Source of the DNA: Oscillospiraceae bacterium
Lineage (GTDB): Bacteria; Bacillota; Clostridia; Oscillospirales; Oscillospiraceae
Length of the DNA stretch: 64,000 nt
Direction of reading: 5' to 3'
NCBI GenBank assembly: GCA_017436955.1
Contig: JAFSCD010000012.1
Coordinates: 51,993-115,992, forward strand
Below are positions 52,827-63,070 of this stretch, piece after piece (position 1 is the first letter of the stretch; the number at the start of each line of letters is the position of its first letter). The notes beneath the pieces are model-generated. The model ran no database searches and was not told the DNA's origin. It saw only the letters and a program-made list of their open reading frames with translations. A program made the position numbers and the translations under genes.

Positions 52827-53732
52827 TTATTCAAATGCGACAGAGAAGATCAGCAAGCTGGAACGCTCCTGCGTAGCCTGATTCTTCATGGAAAAGCCGC
52901 CCTTTACTCCACGTAAACCGTCGATCGCGGCAGCGGTATTATGGGACATGGTAGCAAATGTGGAGCCGGACAGCAGAAGCTCCTTGTGCGTAAATCTGCC
53001 GGGGTCAGCACAGCGGATTTCAATAAGGTTTTTGATGGTTTCATCATTTGCAAACCACTTAAGCGCAGGTCGCTGCGGTGCGGCGCTGGTCTTAAAGGTG
53101 ATTGTGATTTTGCCGCTGCGCATTTGGGAGCTGGCTGTGTTGTCCGCTTTGTCAGCCTTGAAACCAAGCTTTCCAACACCCATATTGCCACCGGACTTTG
53201 TGGAACTGGAATCCTGCTGCGTTTCAGTAATTTCGATGGTGCAGGATTTAGCGCCCAGAGAAAAAGCGATCTGCTCCAGCTCCGCGAGACGCTCTTCGTG
53301 CGCTTTCTGGAAAATGCAATCGACATCAATGTAGCGACTGGAATTAAAAGCATCAACATAATAGGTGGCACCGACGGTAACGGCAGGATAAAATTCAATT
53401 TCCTTCATTTCAGCGGCGGTGCTGTAAAGATGCAGGATTTCTGTTTCAGCTTCTACGCTTCGCCAACCGACAGAGCCTTCGCACACATCAATACCACGGC
53501 GTACTGACTCGTCGACAACTGTAATCAAACGGGGCAGGACGAAAGCAGCGGCGGTATATTCCTCCGGGAACAGGGGCGCATACTTTTTCAAGCGTTCCTG
53601 AAAACCGGCGTCCTTTACTCTTTCGGAAAGAGCGATAGCGCCTTTTTCAACACTTTCTGCGGCGCTCATACCGGCGTCCTTGGCTTTTTGCAGGAGCTGT
53701 GAAACTGCGCCTGAATCGAATTTAATAGCCAT
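52827..53732 (-). CDS. Hypothetical 301-aa protein between the ileS T-box and ileS
   Basis: AGAGGAG RBS, open frame, codon usage more AT-rich than neighbours; no family recognised. Confidence 0.8.
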   Translation of the reverse strand: MAIKFDSGAVSQLLQKAKDAGMSAAESVEKGAIALSERVKDAGFQERLKKYAPLFPEEYTAAAFVLPRLITVVDESVRRGIDVCEGSVGWRSVEAETEILHLYSTAAEMKEIEFYPAVTVGATYYVDAFNSSRYIDVDCIFQKAHEERLAELEQIAFSLGAKSCTIEITETQQDSSSTKSGGNMGVGKLGFKADKADNTASSQMRSGKITITFKTSAAPQRPALKWFANDETIKNLIEIRCADPGRFTHKELLLSGSTFATMSHNTAAAIDGLRGVKGGFSMKNQATQERSSLLIFSVAFE

Positions 53733-53752
53733 AGATACTCTCCTCTTAAAAT

Positions 53753-53992
53753 AAAAAAGCCTTTGTCCCTATGATAAGAGACAAAGGCATTTTACCTCTG
53801 CGGTACCACTCTTGTTCCGGCGGTTAGCCGGCACTCGTGTGCGCGGTATCGGGCGCGACCGGCGCAGCTTACTGCCCTGGTGGGGTTCAGTGCGCAGCTC
53901 GGAGGGGATAACCTTCTGCCGCCATCACTGCCTTGCACCGACCGGCAGCTCTCTTAAGAGGGGATGGCAGAACGCTGTGTCCTCGTCATAGC
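53753..53992 (-). promoter_or_regulatory. T-box riboswitch, Ile (ATC) specifier, of ileS
   Basis: Minus strand AGAGAG/GGTGCAA loops, t-ATC-c-CCTC-CGA (53909-53907), AGAGTGGTACCGCA, terminator GCCTTTGTCTC...GGGACAAAGGC-T6; starts right after the divIVA stop. Confidence 0.9.
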
Positions 53993-54718
53993 TTACGTAT
54001 TACCGTTGTTGTTATCGGGGTTGGTGGGATCGTAGTTGGGACCGAATTTCAGTCCGTCAAACTTCCGGCTGGTGGTAGACTGGACGGGGTGGCGAGGCTC
54101 GGCCTTGGGGGCGGTGTCCTCGGTGGTGCCCATCATAGCAGCCAGATTGGAAGAGATCTCATCTGCCACTGCATCGGCAGGATCCACAGCAGGCTCGGCA
54201 GCGCCGGATTCCTGATCGTAGTCATACATCTGGGGAGCGCCGGGCCCGGCCTTGACGGGTGCGGGGCGGTTGGCCTCGCGGATGTCAGAGAGCATCTGCA
54301 GGCAGGCGCGGAGCTGATCCTCCAGCTGCTGGATCTTGGCAGCGGCGGCACGCCGTGCTTCTTCCACACGGGCGGTTTCCTGGGCGATCAGCGCGTCGGC
54401 GTTCTTCGCGTTTTCGATGGCGGCGGCGTTGGCCTCGGCCAGCATCTGTGCGCACTTGGCTTCCGCTTCCTTGATCATGGTGTCGCAAGCCTTCTGGGAA
54501 TTGATCAGCGCATCCTTCATACTGGCTTCGGACTGGCGGTACTCCTCCAGCTTTGCCACCAGAACACGCATCTTGTTCTTCAGCAGGGCGTTCTCTTTGT
54601 AAAGGGTGATGTAATCCTCGGTCAACGGCTCCAGAAACTCGTCAACGGCCTGCATATCGTAGCCGCCGAAGGTCTGCTTGCCGAAAGAGATCTGTTCAAT
54701 TTGTTGGGGTGTAAACAT
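53993..54718 (-). CDS. divIVA: DivIVA domain protein
   Basis: MFTPQQIEQISF...GGYDMQAVDEFL N-terminus, coiled coil; sepF-divIVA-ileS synteny. Confidence 0.88.
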   Translation of the reverse strand: MFTPQQIEQISFGKQTFGGYDMQAVDEFLEPLTEDYITLYKENALLKNKMRVLVAKLEEYRQSEASMKDALINSQKACDTMIKEAEAKCAQMLAEANAAAIENAKNADALIAQETARVEEARRAAAAKIQQLEDQLRACLQMLSDIREANRPAPVKAGPGAPQMYDYDQESGAAEPAVDPADAVADEISSNLAAMMGTTEDTAPKAEPRHPVQSTTSRKFDGLKFGPNYDPTNPDNNNGNT

Positions 54719-54742
54719 ATTTTGTCCTTTCCCGGAAAACGG

Positions 54743-55273
54743 TTAGATGTAACTCTCGGTTTCCGCCTGCAGATTCTCCAGATCGCCAACCACTTCCATA
54801 TTGTGGGGGCAGAACAGGTAAGTAGACTGTGCGACCTTCTTTACCTTGCCGTCTACGGCGTAGGCGCAGCCGGACAGGAAGTCCACAACGCGGCGTGCCA
54901 TAGCCTTGTCCACGTTCTCCATATTCAGGATGACGGCCTTCTTGTTGCGCAGATCGTCTGCGGCTCTGGAGGTGTCATTGAAGGTGGTGGGGCGGAACAG
55001 GACGACCTCCTGACGGTTGCCCAGGCTTACCACCTGACCGCTGAAGCCGGAACGACCGGTGCCGGTGGTGCCGGTGGCGGTGGAGGCAGCAGGTGCCTTG
55101 TATTCGGTTTCATCGGCTGTGCCGAAATTAAAGAAGGAACGGCGGCGTGCGGGACGCTCATCCTCCACATCTTCTTCTTCGAAGGTATCGACGCCCTCTT
55201 CCTCTTCGTAATCGTCAAATTCGTCATCGCTGTAGGGCTGTGCGAATCTCTTTAAGCTATCCAAAAAACCCAT
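54743..55273 (-). CDS. sepF: Cell division protein SepF
   Basis: Amphipathic N-terminus, acidic linker, AVILNME...ARRVVDFLSG..YAVDG...YLFCP. Confidence 0.93.
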   Translation of the reverse strand: MGFLDSLKRFAQPYSDDEFDDYEEEEGVDTFEEEDVEDERPARRRSFFNFGTADETEYKAPAASTATGTTGTGRSGFSGQVVSLGNRQEVVLFRPTTFNDTSRAADDLRNKKAVILNMENVDKAMARRVVDFLSGCAYAVDGKVKKVAQSTYLFCPHNMEVVGDLENLQAETESYI

Positions 55274-55308
55274 TGATCATTTCCTCCTATGTGCTTTGCT
55301 TTTGTGCA

Positions 55309-56001
55309 TCAATACTGTCGGGCGCCGAAGATGGCAGTACCCACGCGGATCATGGTGCTGCCGCAGCGGATCGCGTCCGCAAAATCGCCGGACATTCCCA
55401 TAGACAGAATTTCCATAGATACATTATCGCCTTTTTTTGCCGTTATGTCAACAGCAAGGTTATACATTTCCTGAAAAAATTTGTCATTTCCGCCCGGGAT
55501 CCGGCAGATGGGCGGGATCGCCATCAGACCGTTTACGGCAATATTGGGAAAATGTGCAATCTCTTCAAGAACTTCCCAGACCTCACCTGCGGTGAAGCCG
55601 GTCTTGTTTTCCTCCTGACCGATGTTGACCTCCAGCAGGATATTCTGGCAGATATTCTGCCGCGCGGCTTCCTTTTGGATGGCCTGCAAAAGCCGCAGGC
55701 TGTCCACACTTTGAATGAGATCTACCTTTCCCACCACCTGCTTTACCTTGTTGGTCTGCAGGTGACCGATGAAATGCACCGGTCTGCCACGGTAGGCATC
55801 GTCAGCCAGCTTGGCGACCAGCTCCTGTACCCGGTTTTCACCGCAGCAGTCCACGCCGCAGCGTATGGCTTCCCGGACAGCTTCGGCGTCATTCATCTTG
55901 GTGGCGGCGCACAGCAGGACCGATTTGGGATCCCGCCCGGCTGCCAATGCCGCGGCATCCATTTGGGCACGGATGGCGGCGATATTTTCAGCAATCGACA
56001 T
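55309..56001 (-). CDS. yggS: PLP homeostasis protein YggS/YlmE
   Basis: AATK, GENRVQE, HFIGHLQTNK, LSMGMSGDF, RVGTAIFG. Confidence 0.96.
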   Translation of the reverse strand: MSIAENIAAIRAQMDAAALAAGRDPKSVLLCAATKMNDAEAVREAIRCGVDCCGENRVQELVAKLADDAYRGRPVHFIGHLQTNKVKQVVGKVDLIQSVDSLRLLQAIQKEAARQNICQNILLEVNIGQEENKTGFTAGEVWEVLEEIAHFPNIAVNGLMAIPPICRIPGGNDKFFQEMYNLAVDITAKKGDNVSMEILSMGMSGDFADAIRCGSTMIRVGTAIFGARQY

Positions 56002-57316
56002 AGTGTTTACCTCGTGTTTTTGCGGCTTGTATCAGCGCTTCCCGCTCGTTGGGCAGCGTTTCCTCCAGCACCGCATCCAGCAGGGCGTTCAGGGTGCGGC
56101 CGATGGCAGGACCGGTAATGCCCAGCGCCATCATATCGTGACCGTCCACCGCCAGATCCTTCACCGAAAGGCAGCTTTCCTCTGCCACGATTTGGGCGAT
56201 GGTCTTTTTTATTTCGGCAAAATCAAAGGCCTCGCCGCATACGCCCTTGCAGGTAAAGTCGGCGGTCTGCAGTGCCATCAGCTGCTGCAGCGCTTCTTCT
56301 CCGTAGCGGCTCAGCAGCCGGCGCAGCGGCTTGCGCTCCTGCGTAATGGAATCCATGTGGTGCTTCACGAGAAATACCACCCGTTCCCGAAGGGCTGTGG
56401 GTGCCTTCAGCCGCAGCAGGATCCGGTCTGCCAGTTGAGCACCCACGGAGGCGTGACCGTAAAAATGTCCTTCGCCGTTTTCATCAATGCTCAGGCAGGC
56501 AGGCTTGCCCAGATCGTGGAGCAGCGCAGCCCACCGCAGCGGCAGCTCCCGGCAGACCGCTTCCGTTACGTGGGCGGTGTGGGTGAACACATCAAAAATA
56601 TGATGCTGCGAATGTTGCCGGAAGCCAATGGTGGGCTTCAGCTCCGGGATGACCTGGGTCAAGACTGGGGCAAAGCGCAGCAGATCCTCGGCGGTTGCCA
56701 GGGTAAGTAGTTGACATAACTCTGAAAAGACCCGTTCCCGGGCCAGATTTTCCATCAGCGGTGCCAGCTCGGTCATCGCCCGTTCCGTGGCAGGCTCCGG
56801 GGTCAGCCGGAAGCGGACGGCAAACCGGACGCCGCGCAAGATCCGCAGGGAATCCTCTGTAAAGCGTGCGCCGGCATCGCCAACGGCACGCAGGATTTTA
56901 TTATTGAGATCTGCCTGACCGCCAAAGGGGTCGGCAAGTCCCCGGGTGGGGGAGTACGCCATGGCGTTGACGGTAAAATCCCGGCGCGCCAGATCTTGGC
57001 GGATATCGGTGACAAAGGTCACCGTGTCCGGATGCCGGTTGTCCAGATAATCTCCCTCGGTGCGGAAGGTGGTGATCTCCACTACGCCTTCCGGGGTGAT
57101 AACGCCTACGGTGCCGTGCTTTTCGCCTGCCAAAACCAGATCGTGGTCGCTGAAGATCTCCTTGATCTGCGCCGGCGTTGCGGCGGTGCAAAGGTCATAA
57201 TCGTGGGGTGTCAGCCCCAAAAGCGCGTCACGAACACAGCCTCCCACCGCATAGCAGGGGAAGCCCTTGTTTTCAAGGCTGTTCAGGCAGCTAAGCACAT
57301 ACTCCGGGATCAGCAT
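55988..57316 (-). CDS. tRNA nucleotidyltransferase (CCA-adding enzyme family) with HD domain
   Basis: VGGCVRD, DYDL, EITTFR, DLARRDFTVNAMA, EDSLRILR, ERV, LLHDLGK. Confidence 0.9.
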   Translation of the reverse strand: MLIPEYVLSCLNSLENKGFPCYAVGGCVRDALLGLTPHDYDLCTAATPAQIKEIFSDHDLVLAGEKHGTVGVITPEGVVEITTFRTEGDYLDNRHPDTVTFVTDIRQDLARRDFTVNAMAYSPTRGLADPFGGQADLNNKILRAVGDAGARFTEDSLRILRGVRFAVRFRLTPEPATERAMTELAPLMENLARERVFSELCQLLTLATAEDLLRFAPVLTQVIPELKPTIGFRQHSQHHIFDVFTHTAHVTEAVCRELPLRWAALLHDLGKPACLSIDENGEGHFYGHASVGAQLADRILLRLKAPTALRERVVFLVKHHMDSITQERKPLRRLLSRYGEEALQQLMALQTADFTCKGVCGEAFDFAEIKKTIAQIVAEESCLSVKDLAVDGHDMMALGITGPAIGRTLNALLDAVLEETLPNEREALIQAAKTRGKHYVDC

Positions 57317-58074
57317 TCGCTGTCCTCCTCGCCAAAGGAAATATCATCCAGTGTCAGCGGGATCAGGCTGCAAAGGTCTGTCATCTGCCATACGATGACA
57401 GACAGGAAGAACAGAATATTGCTCCAGCCCACCAGAGAGATGCAGCTAAAGAAAATGGTGGAAAGATTCAAAAACGCGTAGGGGCGGCGCTTGCCTTCCC
57501 GGGCGTCAAAGCTGGCCCGCTGATAGGTAGTCAGCAGCAGGCAGGCGGTGGCTACCAGCTGGAAGCAGTAGTCGAGGATCTGGGGATCGGCGTTCCAGTG
57601 GCGGTAATCGCTTACCAGCCGCAGCATCAGATATACGCAGATGCCAATGTGGATCAGCAGGGAAGGGGGAGTGCCCTTGCGGCGGAAAATGCCGGTCAGT
57701 ACCAGCAGGGCTGCCGCGACGATGCCTGCCAACGCAACCACCAGCTCCAGCGTATCCGCAGACAGAAAAATATCCACAACGGAGCCGATGCCGATGCCGG
57801 CAGCTGCCACAAATGCGCCATAGCAGCTGACCTCCGACACAGGGAAATTAAATTCGTATTTGCCGGCTTCCATCAAGTCTTTGGTGAGGAAAACCAGCGC
57901 CACCATTACGCCCAGCACCAGCGCGAACAGCAGCCAGGCCGCCGCGTGGCTGGTGATGACGAAGCCCTTTTGGTCTACGCCGGAGGTCATCAGCCATACG
58001 CGCAGCAAAAGACCGACGCCACCGGTCAGCAGCGTCCAAAGGGGCAAATGGATGGGATTGATTAGCTTTTTCAT
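57310..58074 (-). CDS. Hypothetical integral membrane protein
   Basis: About 7-8 hydrophobic segments; GGAGG RBS before MKKLIN. Confidence 0.75.
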   Translation of the reverse strand: MKKLINPIHLPLWTLLTGGVGLLLRVWLMTSGVDQKGFVITSHAAAWLLFALVLGVMVALVFLTKDLMEAGKYEFNFPVSEVSCYGAFVAAAGIGIGSVVDIFLSADTLELVVALAGIVAAALLVLTGIFRRKGTPPSLLIHIGICVYLMLRLVSDYRHWNADPQILDYCFQLVATACLLLTTYQRASFDAREGKRRPYAFLNLSTIFFSCISLVGWSNILFFLSVIVWQMTDLCSLIPLTLDDISFGEEDSEC

Positions 58075-58095
58075 AGTTGCCTCCAAGGAGGGAGA

Positions 58096-58809
58096 TTATT
58101 TCAGGAAAAGAATCAGATAGAAAATGCCGCTGAGAATGGGCTGATGCAGCAAATACAGCCACAGGGACTGCCTGCCGCAAAAGCTGAAAAAGCGGATAAA
58201 GATATTGTTTTCGTTGACTTTTGGGAAAAGGCTCTCCTTGCTGCGATAGACCGTCTTACCCAGAACGGCGCCCAGCAGGAAAAAGCCGAAATAGGGAAGC
58301 AGCGGGAAATAGTCTGCGGAAAGAAAGCCATCCTGGGGCAGACCCAGCACCGTCAAATAAGGATGCACCGCACCGGGCAGCGTCCGCAGCCAAAAGCCCA
58401 CGGCGGTCAGCACGCCACCGCACAGCAGCAGCGCCCACCAGGGAAATTTGCGGAACAGCGGCCACAGCAGCATACAAACACCCAGACAATGCAGCACGCC
58501 GAAATAGATGATAATACTTTTTCCCTGCATATCCAGCAGGTACATTCCCACCGTAACAGCGGTAATGAGCATACCGCAGCCAAAGACGATCAGTCCCCGG
58601 CGGACACTGTGGGAGCCAAGCGTGACGCAGATGCCGCTTAAAAGCAGAAACAGCACACCGCCCCAATCCCGGATAAAGGTGAAGATGGCAGGATAGTCCC
58701 ATTGGACAAGCCGGTACAGCTCTACCATATCATAGACAAAATGCACCGCGATTACACCGAGGATGCAGATGCCCCGGAAGGCATCCAGTTCCCAGATTCG
58801 TTTTTTCAT
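58096..58809 (-). CDS. DUF1624 / heparan-alpha-glucosaminide N-acetyltransferase-like membrane protein
   Basis: RIWELDAFRG...H, FGVLH, SADYFPLLPY, GRQSLWLYLLHQP. Confidence 0.85.
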   Translation of the reverse strand: MKKRIWELDAFRGICILGVIAVHFVYDMVELYRLVQWDYPAIFTFIRDWGGVLFLLLSGICVTLGSHSVRRGLIVFGCGMLITAVTVGMYLLDMQGKSIIIYFGVLHCLGVCMLLWPLFRKFPWWALLLCGGVLTAVGFWLRTLPGAVHPYLTVLGLPQDGFLSADYFPLLPYFGFFLLGAVLGKTVYRSKESLFPKVNENNIFIRFFSFCGRQSLWLYLLHQPILSGIFYLILFLK

Positions 58810-60524
58810 TGATTTTCAGCCTCTTTGGCGGCTTCTTCCTCCAGCACCCGGTAGGCCACCTTACCCACCAGGGTCTTGGGCAGCTCGGTACGGAATTCCA
58901 GCTCACGGGGCAGTGCGTACTTTGCCATTTTGGCGGCGCAGTAGTTCAAAAGCTCTGCCTTCAGCTCCTCGGTGGGCTCGATGCCGGGCATGGGCACTAC
59001 GTATGCCTTGATCCGCTGACCGCGGTATTCGTCCTTGATGCCGATAACGCAGGACAGCAGCACCTTTTCGTGGCCGTCGATGATATTCTCCAGCTGAGAG
59101 GGGTAGACATTGTAGCCGGAGGTGATGATCATTCTCTTAAGCCGCTGACGGAAATAGACGAAGCCGTCCTCGTCCATATGACCCAGGTCGCCGGTGTGCA
59201 GCCAGATGCGGCCGTCACCGTGGGAACGCAGGGTCTGGGCGGTCTCCTCGGGCTGATCCATATAGCCCAGCATAACGGTAGGACCGGAAACGCAGATCTC
59301 GCCCTCGGTGTTGGGATCACATTCCTCGCAGGTGCCGGGCTTGACGATCTTATAGAAGGTATCGGGGAAGGGAACGCCGATGGAGCCGCTGCGGGCGTAA
59401 TCCTTGGGGGTCAGGCAGGAGGCGGTAACGCACTCGGTAGTGCCGTAGCCTTCCCGGATCTGCTGGTCGCAGTTATGCTCCTTCAGGAAGGCATCCACCT
59501 TCTTCTTCAGCTCCGGGCTCAAGCTGTCACCGCCGGAGAAAATGCCCTTCAGGAAGCTCAAGTCCACGCCCTCCAGATCCTCTGCCCGGAGCAGCGCCTC
59601 GAACAGCGTGGGTACGCCGGGGATCAGGTTGGGCTTCTGCTTTTTCAGGGTGTCGGCGTAAACCTTCACGCTGAACTGGGGGATCAGAATACAGGTGGCA
59701 CCGCCGATCAGCGCGGTGTGGATGCCAACGCCCAGACCGAAGCCGTGGAACACCGGCATAATGGACAGCATTTTCATACCGGCAACGCTTTCGTAGCCGG
59801 AAGCGGCGATAGTCTGCAGACCCAGGGCGTTAAAATTCAGGTTGGACAGCATAATGCCCTTGGTGGTGCCGGTGGTACCGCCGGAGTAGAGGATGGCGCC
59901 GCAATCGTTGAATTTGCTGTCGTGCTCCGGCAAAACGGCATTCCTGCCGGCCTTGACCATATCGTACCACAGGGTATAGCCGTTGCCCCTGGGCTTTCTG
60001 TCGGCCTTGCCGCCGGCGGTGATGGGGTACAGCAGGTTCAGCGGCGCCGGAAGCTCGTCGGCGATCCGGGCGATCAGCACGGTAACGGGCTGCTCCACCT
60101 GGGGAAGGATGGAAGCAACTTTATCATAAAACTGTGCAAGGGTCAAGATGGCCTTGCTGTGGGAAACGTTGAGATAAAAGGCAATCTCCTCCGCAGCGGA
60201 CAGCGGATGGATCATATTGGGGATGGCGCCGATGCGGTTGAGCGCGTAGAAGCAATCCAGCGCCTGGGGTGTATTGGCCATGCAGATGGTGACCCGGTCA
60301 CCCTTCCCGATGCCCATTTGATGCAGACCCTTGGCGGCGGCATCAATGCGCTTCATAAATTCGGCATAGGTGGTTTCCTTGCCCATAAAGCTGTAAGCCA
60401 CGTTGCCGGGATACTTTTTGCCGGCCTCGCGCAGAAGCTGATACATACTTACATGGGGATAGTCGATGGTGGCAGGGGTGCTGCCGTAAAACTCCCTCCA
60501 GGGTGCGGATGCGGAAATACCCAT
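58806..60524 (-). CDS. Long-chain-fatty-acid--CoA ligase (FadD-like)
   Basis: YSGGTTGTTKG, MPVFHGFG, EGYGTTE, HTGD, LPKTLVGK. Confidence 0.88.
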   Translation of the reverse strand: MGISASAPWREFYGSTPATIDYPHVSMYQLLREAGKKYPGNVAYSFMGKETTYAEFMKRIDAAAKGLHQMGIGKGDRVTICMANTPQALDCFYALNRIGAIPNMIHPLSAAEEIAFYLNVSHSKAILTLAQFYDKVASILPQVEQPVTVLIARIADELPAPLNLLYPITAGGKADRKPRGNGYTLWYDMVKAGRNAVLPEHDSKFNDCGAILYSGGTTGTTKGIMLSNLNFNALGLQTIAASGYESVAGMKMLSIMPVFHGFGLGVGIHTALIGGATCILIPQFSVKVYADTLKKQKPNLIPGVPTLFEALLRAEDLEGVDLSFLKGIFSGGDSLSPELKKKVDAFLKEHNCDQQIREGYGTTECVTASCLTPKDYARSGSIGVPFPDTFYKIVKPGTCEECDPNTEGEICVSGPTVMLGYMDQPEETAQTLRSHGDGRIWLHTGDLGHMDEDGFVYFRQRLKRMIITSGYNVYPSQLENIIDGHEKVLLSCVIGIKDEYRGQRIKAYVVPMPGIEPTEELKAELLNYCAAKMAKYALPRELEFRTELPKTLVGKVAYRVLEEEAAKEAENQ

Positions 60525-60672
60525 ATTTCTCTCTTCCTTTCCATCAGGCAATACTTTATGTATTATAGCAGAAAATTAAGGACATTTCTAGTCCCAACTT
60601 TGCTTTTTGCACTTGTTTCTGCGTGGGAAAGGGAGTATAATAAGTAAAAATTATGCTTTTGGAGGATGCAAT

Positions 60673-61518
60673 ATGTTGTTAGGCGGAATCGTGCTGCTCT
60701 CTGTGCTGTTTGCGGCGCTTATGGGCTTTGGTGCCCAGGGGCTGCACTGGCTGTGGGTGGTGCCGGTAAGCTTTGCGTCGGCATTTTTGGTGCTGGTGGC
60801 GCTGGCGTTCGGCTTCTTGTGGCTGATGTGCCAGTTGGTGGATCAGAATAAGGAACAGCAGCACGACAGCAAATTCTACCGCACTATGATGAAGCTCTAT
60901 ATCAGCGCCGTCAAAACGGCGGTGCGGCTGCGGATCCATACGACGGGTCTGGAAAAGCTGCCCAGGGAAGGGCGCTTCCTGCTGGTGTGTAACCATACCA
61001 GCCTTGCCGACCCGGTAATTTTGCTGCACAGCTTTGCCGACAGCCAGCTGGCGTTTATCTCCAAACGGGAAAATGCTACGATGTTCCTGGTGGGTAAGGC
61101 GATGCACAAGATCATGTGCCAGACCATCAACCGGGAAAATGACCGGGAGGCATTAAAGACCATCTTAAAGTGCATCCAGCTCATCAAGGATGACGAGGTG
61201 TCCATCGCCGTGTTCCCGGAAGGCTACATACACAAGGATAAAAAGCTGCACCGCTTCCGCAGCGGCGTATTCAAGATCGCCCAAAAGACCCAGGTGCCCA
61301 TCGTGGTCTGCACTTTGAAAAATTCCCTGCAGGTCATTCCCAATATCCCCAAGCTGAAGGCAACGGACGTGGAGCTGCATCTGCTGGATGTGATCTGGCC
61401 GGAGCAGTATGCCGGAATGACCACCGTTGCCCTGGGCAACCGGGTGTACGAAATGATGGCAGAAGATCTGGGTCCGGACCTGGTAGCCCGGGAAGAGGAA
61501 AATGAAAACGACACTTGA
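60673..61518 (+). CDS. 1-acyl-sn-glycerol-3-phosphate acyltransferase (PlsC family)
   Basis: NHTSLAD (HX4D), INRE, FPEG motifs; N-terminal TM helices. Confidence 0.9.
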   Translation: MLLGGIVLLSVLFAALMGFGAQGLHWLWVVPVSFASAFLVLVALAFGFLWLMCQLVDQNKEQQHDSKFYRTMMKLYISAVKTAVRLRIHTTGLEKLPREGRFLLVCNHTSLADPVILLHSFADSQLAFISKRENATMFLVGKAMHKIMCQTINRENDREALKTILKCIQLIKDDEVSIAVFPEGYIHKDKKLHRFRSGVFKIAQKTQVPIVVCTLKNSLQVIPNIPKLKATDVELHLLDVIWPEQYAGMTTVALGNRVYEMMAEDLGPDLVAREEENENDT

Positions 61519-61543
61519 TTTACCGCAGGAAAGTCGGTATAAT
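61515..61543 (+). promoter_or_regulatory. Sigma-A promoter of glyQS
   Basis: TTGATT (61515-61520), 17 nt, TATAAT (61538-61543). Confidence 0.7.
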
Positions 61544-61587
61544 AAGGTGTCAAATACAGCAATTACCCGATTTTGGAGGATATATAA

Positions 61588-63015
61588 ATGAAAAACAGCG
61601 AAAAAACCCTGGAGATGATCGTAAATCTGTGCAAGAACCGCGGCTTCGTCTACGCCGGCTCTGAAATTTACGGTGGTCTGGCGAATTCCTGGGACTACGG
61701 TCCTTTGGGTGTGGAATTCAAGAACAATGTCAAGAAGGCTTGGCTAAAGAAATTTGTGCAGGAATCCGACTACAACGTAGGCCTGGATGCTGCCATTATT
61801 ATGAACCCCACCACCTGGGTCACCACCGGTCACGTGGGTTCCTTCTCCGATCCGCTGGTGGACTGCAAGGGCTGCGGCTCCCGTCAGCGTGCTGACCAGC
61901 TGATCAGCGCCTCTGAGTCCGGCAAGAGCGTCAATGTGGATGCTATGGACACCAAGGAAATGAACGCCTTTATCGAGGAGCATGAGGATGTTGTCTGCCC
62001 CAACTGCGGCAAGCATCACTTTACCTCTATCCGTAATTTCAACCTGATGTTCCAGACCAAGATCGGCGTTACCGAGGACTCCTCCTCTGTGGCCTATCTG
62101 CGTCCGGAGACCGCACAGGGTATTTTCGTCAACTTTGATAACATCCAGCGCACCACCCGTAAGAAGCTGCCCTTCGGCGTCTGCCAGGTTGGCAAGGCAT
62201 TCCGTAACGAGATCACCCCCGGCAACTTCACCTTCCGTACCCGTGAGTTTGAGCAGATGGAGTGCGAATTCTTCTGCCAGCCCGGCACCGACCTGGAGTG
62301 GTTTGCTTACTGGAAGGATTTCTGCAAGAACTGGCTGATCAGCCTGGGTATCAAGGAAGAGAGCCTGCGCCTGCGTGATCACGATCCTGCGGAGCTGGCA
62401 TTCTACTCCCGCGCTACCACCGATATCGAGTATCAGTTCCCCTTCGGCAACGGCTGGGGCGAGCTGTGGGGCATCGCTGACCGTACCGATTACGACCTGG
62501 GTCGCCATCAGGAGGCTTCCGGCAAGAAGCTGACCTACTTCGATCCCGACCGTAACGAGCATTATATCCCCTATGTCATCGAGCCTTCTCTGGGCTGCGA
62601 CCGTGTGGCACTGGCATTCCTCTGCGAGGCCTATGACGAGGAGGTCGTGGGTCAGGATAAGAACGGCAAGGACGATGTCCGTACCGTGCTGCGTCTGCAT
62701 CCGGCGCTGGCACCTTTCAAGGCTGCCATCCTGCCTCTTTCCAAGAAGCTGAGCCCCAAGGCAGAGGAGATCTACCGCGAGCTGCGTAAGGACTTTATGG
62801 TGGACTTTGACGATGCCGGCTCTATCGGCAAGCGCTACCGCCGTGAGGACGAGATCGGCACACCGCTGTGTATCACCGTGGACTTCCAGACCGTTGGCGA
62901 TGAGAACACCCCTGCCGACGATTGTGTCACCGTCCGTGACCGTGATACTATGGAGCAGGTCCGTATCCCCATCAGCGAGCTGAAGGAATACATTGCCGAA
63001 AAGTGCAAGTTCTAA
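61588..63015 (+). CDS. glyQS: Glycine--tRNA ligase (homodimeric type)
   Basis: [47 protein letters not shown]. Confidence 0.97.
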   Translation: MKNSEKTLEMIVNLCKNRGFVYAGSEIYGGLANSWDYGPLGVEFKNNVKKAWLKKFVQESDYNVGLDAAIIMNPTTWVTTGHVGSFSDPLVDCKGCGSRQRADQLISASESGKSVNVDAMDTKEMNAFIEEHEDVVCPNCGKHHFTSIRNFNLMFQTKIGVTEDSSSVAYLRPETAQGIFVNFDNIQRTTRKKLPFGVCQVGKAFRNEITPGNFTFRTREFEQMECEFFCQPGTDLEWFAYWKDFCKNWLISLGIKEESLRLRDHDPAELAFYSRATTDIEYQFPFGNGWGELWGIADRTDYDLGRHQEASGKKLTYFDPDRNEHYIPYVIEPSLGCDRVALAFLCEAYDEEVVGQDKNGKDDVRTVLRLHPALAPFKAAILPLSKKLSPKAEEIYRELRKDFMVDFDDAGSIGKRYRREDEIGTPLCITVDFQTVGDENTPADDCVTVRDRDTMEQVRIPISELKEYIAEKCKF

Positions 63016-63026
63016 AATAGTAATGT

Positions 63027-63059
63027 AAAAGCGCCGTGGAAATCTCCACGGCGCTTTTT
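63027..63059. terminator. Bidirectional terminator
   Basis: AAAAGCGCCGTGGA-AATC-TCCACGGCGCTTTT. Confidence 0.85.
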
Positions 63060-63070
63060 AGTTTATTTAG

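Noticed and set aside
61519-61587. T-box upstream of glyQS
   Set aside because: Only ~45 nt between the -10 box and the ATG, with no T-box motif.
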